From NCBI GenBank assembly GCA_036389055.1, contig DASVQR010000021.1, positions 20,750 through 84,749 of the forward strand: a stretch of DNA of 64,000 nt, read 5' to 3'. Position numbers and translations under genes: made by a program. This DNA is from Longimicrobiaceae bacterium (lineage in GTDB: Bacteria > Gemmatimonadota > Gemmatimonadetes > Longimicrobiales > Longimicrobiaceae). Below the pieces are notes generated by a model, which was not told where the DNA came from, made no database searches, and saw only the letters and a list, made by a program, of their open reading frames with translations. Positions 62,724 to 64,000 of the stretch are shown piece after piece (the stretch's first letter is position 1; every line of letters begins with the position of its first letter).

Positions 62724-64000
62724 GACGGCCTCCGTTCCGCGGCGATGCGCATGATGTCCGCCAGCACTCCCATGGCCGTCACCTCCACCCCGGCCCCCGG
62801 CCCGGTCACCACCAGCGGGCGCGCGGCGTAGCGCTCGGAGCGGAACAGGATCAGGTTGTCGGTGCCCCGCAGCGCGCCCGGCGGCGAGTCGGCGGGGACC
62901 GCGGCGAGCCCCACCTCCAGCGAGTCCGGCGCCACGCGGGCCAGGTAGCGCAGCACCCGCCCCTCGCGGCGGGCGGCGTCCACCCGCTCCTGCATGGGGG
63001 CGTCCAGGTCGCGCAGCCGCGCCAGCAGGGCGTCCGGCTCCATCCCCGCCAGCCCCGGGTCCACCAGCCCCGCCAGGCGCAGGGGGACGTCCGCCCTCAC
63101 CAGCCCGGAGAGCCGCCCCAGGATGGTCGCCTTGCGGGCCACGTCCACCCCGGACAGGTCCACCACCGGGTCGGGCTCGGTGAAGCCGCGCCGCATGGCC
63201 TGCTCCACCGCTTCCGAGAGGAGCGCCCCCTCCTCCAGCAGCGTCATCACGAAGCCCAGCGTCCCGGAGAGCGCCCCCTCCACCTCCAGCAGCCGGTCGC
63301 CGGTGGCGAGCAGCATCTCCAGCGTGTCCATCACCGGCAGGCCGGCGCCCACCGTGGCCTCGGCGCGCAGGATGCGGCCCCGCTCCTCGGCCTCGCCCAG
63401 CAGCGACAGGTAGCCTTCCAGCGGCCCGGCCAGCGGCGTCTTGTTGGCGGTGACCACGTCGCACCCCTGGCGCAGCGCCTCGCGGAAGATCTCCGCCGAG
63501 TCCGGGTACGCCGAGGTGTCCACCAGCACCGGGCGGGCCAGCCGGTAGCGCAGCGCGTCGCGCACCATCACCGCGGCGTGCCCGGGGGCGCCGCCCAGCG
63601 AGGCGAGCGTGCGCCCGGCGGCCTTCGCCTCCACGGCGGCGCCCAGGCGCTCCGGGGCGATGCCGGCCGGGTCCAGCAGGTAGCCGCTGCGGTCGGCCAC
63701 GGCAACCACCCGCGCCCGCAGCCCGAAGCGGCGGAACAGGTGGGCGCTCCTCTCCAGCAGCAGCCCCACCAGCGCCCGGCCCACGCTGCCGGGGCCCATC
63801 AGCAGCAGGTCGATGCGCTCGCCGCCGTCCTCGCCGGTGTCCAGCCGGTGCAGGCCGAAGGCGTCGTGCAGCGCGCGGATCGCCTCCGGCGCGGCCCGCT
63901 CGTCCACCGCGAAGGAGATGTTCAGCTCGGAGGCGCCCTGGGCGATGGCGTGCACGCTGATCCTGCGCCGCGCCAGCGCGCCGAACACCCGCGCCGCGAC
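62720..64000 (-). CDS. thrA: bifunctional aspartokinase / homoserine dehydrogenase, C-terminal part (open at right edge)
   Basis: The frame stays open to nt 64000. An ACT-like segment (FGALARRRISVHAIAQGASELNISFAV) precedes a homoserine dehydrogenase (LLLMGPGSVGRAL, VVTANK, GAGLPV). Confidence 0.8.
   Translation of the reverse strand, partial: VAARVFGALARRRISVHAIAQGASELNISFAVDERAAPEAIRALHDAFGLHRLDTGEDGGERIDLLLMGPGSVGRALVGLLLERSAHLFRRFGLRARVVAVADRSGYLLDPAGIAPERLGAAVEAKAAGRTLASLGGAPGHAAVMVRDALRYRLARPVLVDTSAYPDSAEIFREALRQGCDVVTANKTPLAGPLEGYLSLLGEAEERGRILRAEATVGAGLPVMDTLEMLLATGDRLLEVEGALSGTLGFVMTLLEEGALLSEAVEQAMRRGFTEPDPVVDLSGVDVARKATILGRLSGLVRADVPLRLAGLVDPGLAGMEPDALLARLRDLDAPMQERVDAARREGRVLRYLARVAPDSLEVGLAAVPADSPPGALRGTDNLILFRSERYAARPLVVTGPGAGVEVTAMGVLADIMRIAAERRPS

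Overview
The window is a very GC-rich chromosomal segment: ordinary genes are above 70% G+C by eye. It is densely coded, with about 64 protein genes, and I recognised no rRNA, tRNA or CRISPR array. Gene content and style (many CarboxypepD_reg-type exported proteins, lipoproteins, extreme GC) fit a Gemmatimonadota-like soil bacterium, but that is inference only.

Housekeeping genes, left to right:
- argC (partial), an SDR, an AidB-like acyl-CoA dehydrogenase, DinB and a DUF427 protein.
- lipA, a Uma2 nuclease and pdhA-pdhB-pdhC.
- nfi, a GNAT, an alpha/beta hydrolase, an arginase-family enzyme and a second SDR.
- A class A beta-lactamase-like hydrolase, an NlpC/P60 peptidase, CapA and an aldo/keto reductase.
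- A stand-alone receiver protein.
- A fructose PTS operon (fruA-fruB-fruK).
- A GH8 glycosidase, an amidohydrolase, ettA and a CHRD protein.
- thrC-thrB-thrA, with thrA partial at the right edge.

Unusual content:
1. A roughly 1.07 kb island of about 50% G+C carries a frameshifted trypsin-like protease.
2. A translationally coupled four-gene minus-strand operon ends in an exported small peptide with 8 Cys.
3. Four paralogous exported CarboxypepD_reg + Plug-like proteins have no beta-barrel.
4. Two tandem tail-fibre-like genes carry the S74 chaperone domain.
5. A protein with no signal peptide carries seven 47-aa fucose-lectin-like propeller blades.
6. The 3' end of ettA plus its terminator hairpin is duplicated two further times downstream. 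The copies bracket a decayed higBA module and an amidohydrolase/GH8 pair.
7. Intergenic repeats are abundant. They include multi-hairpin elements with covarying stems and conserved loops, and 7- and 8-nt micro-tandem arrays, some overlapping stop codons.

The many long Arg/Pro/Gly/Ala-rich ORFs in the track that run antisense to or overlap these genes are treated as GC artefacts.
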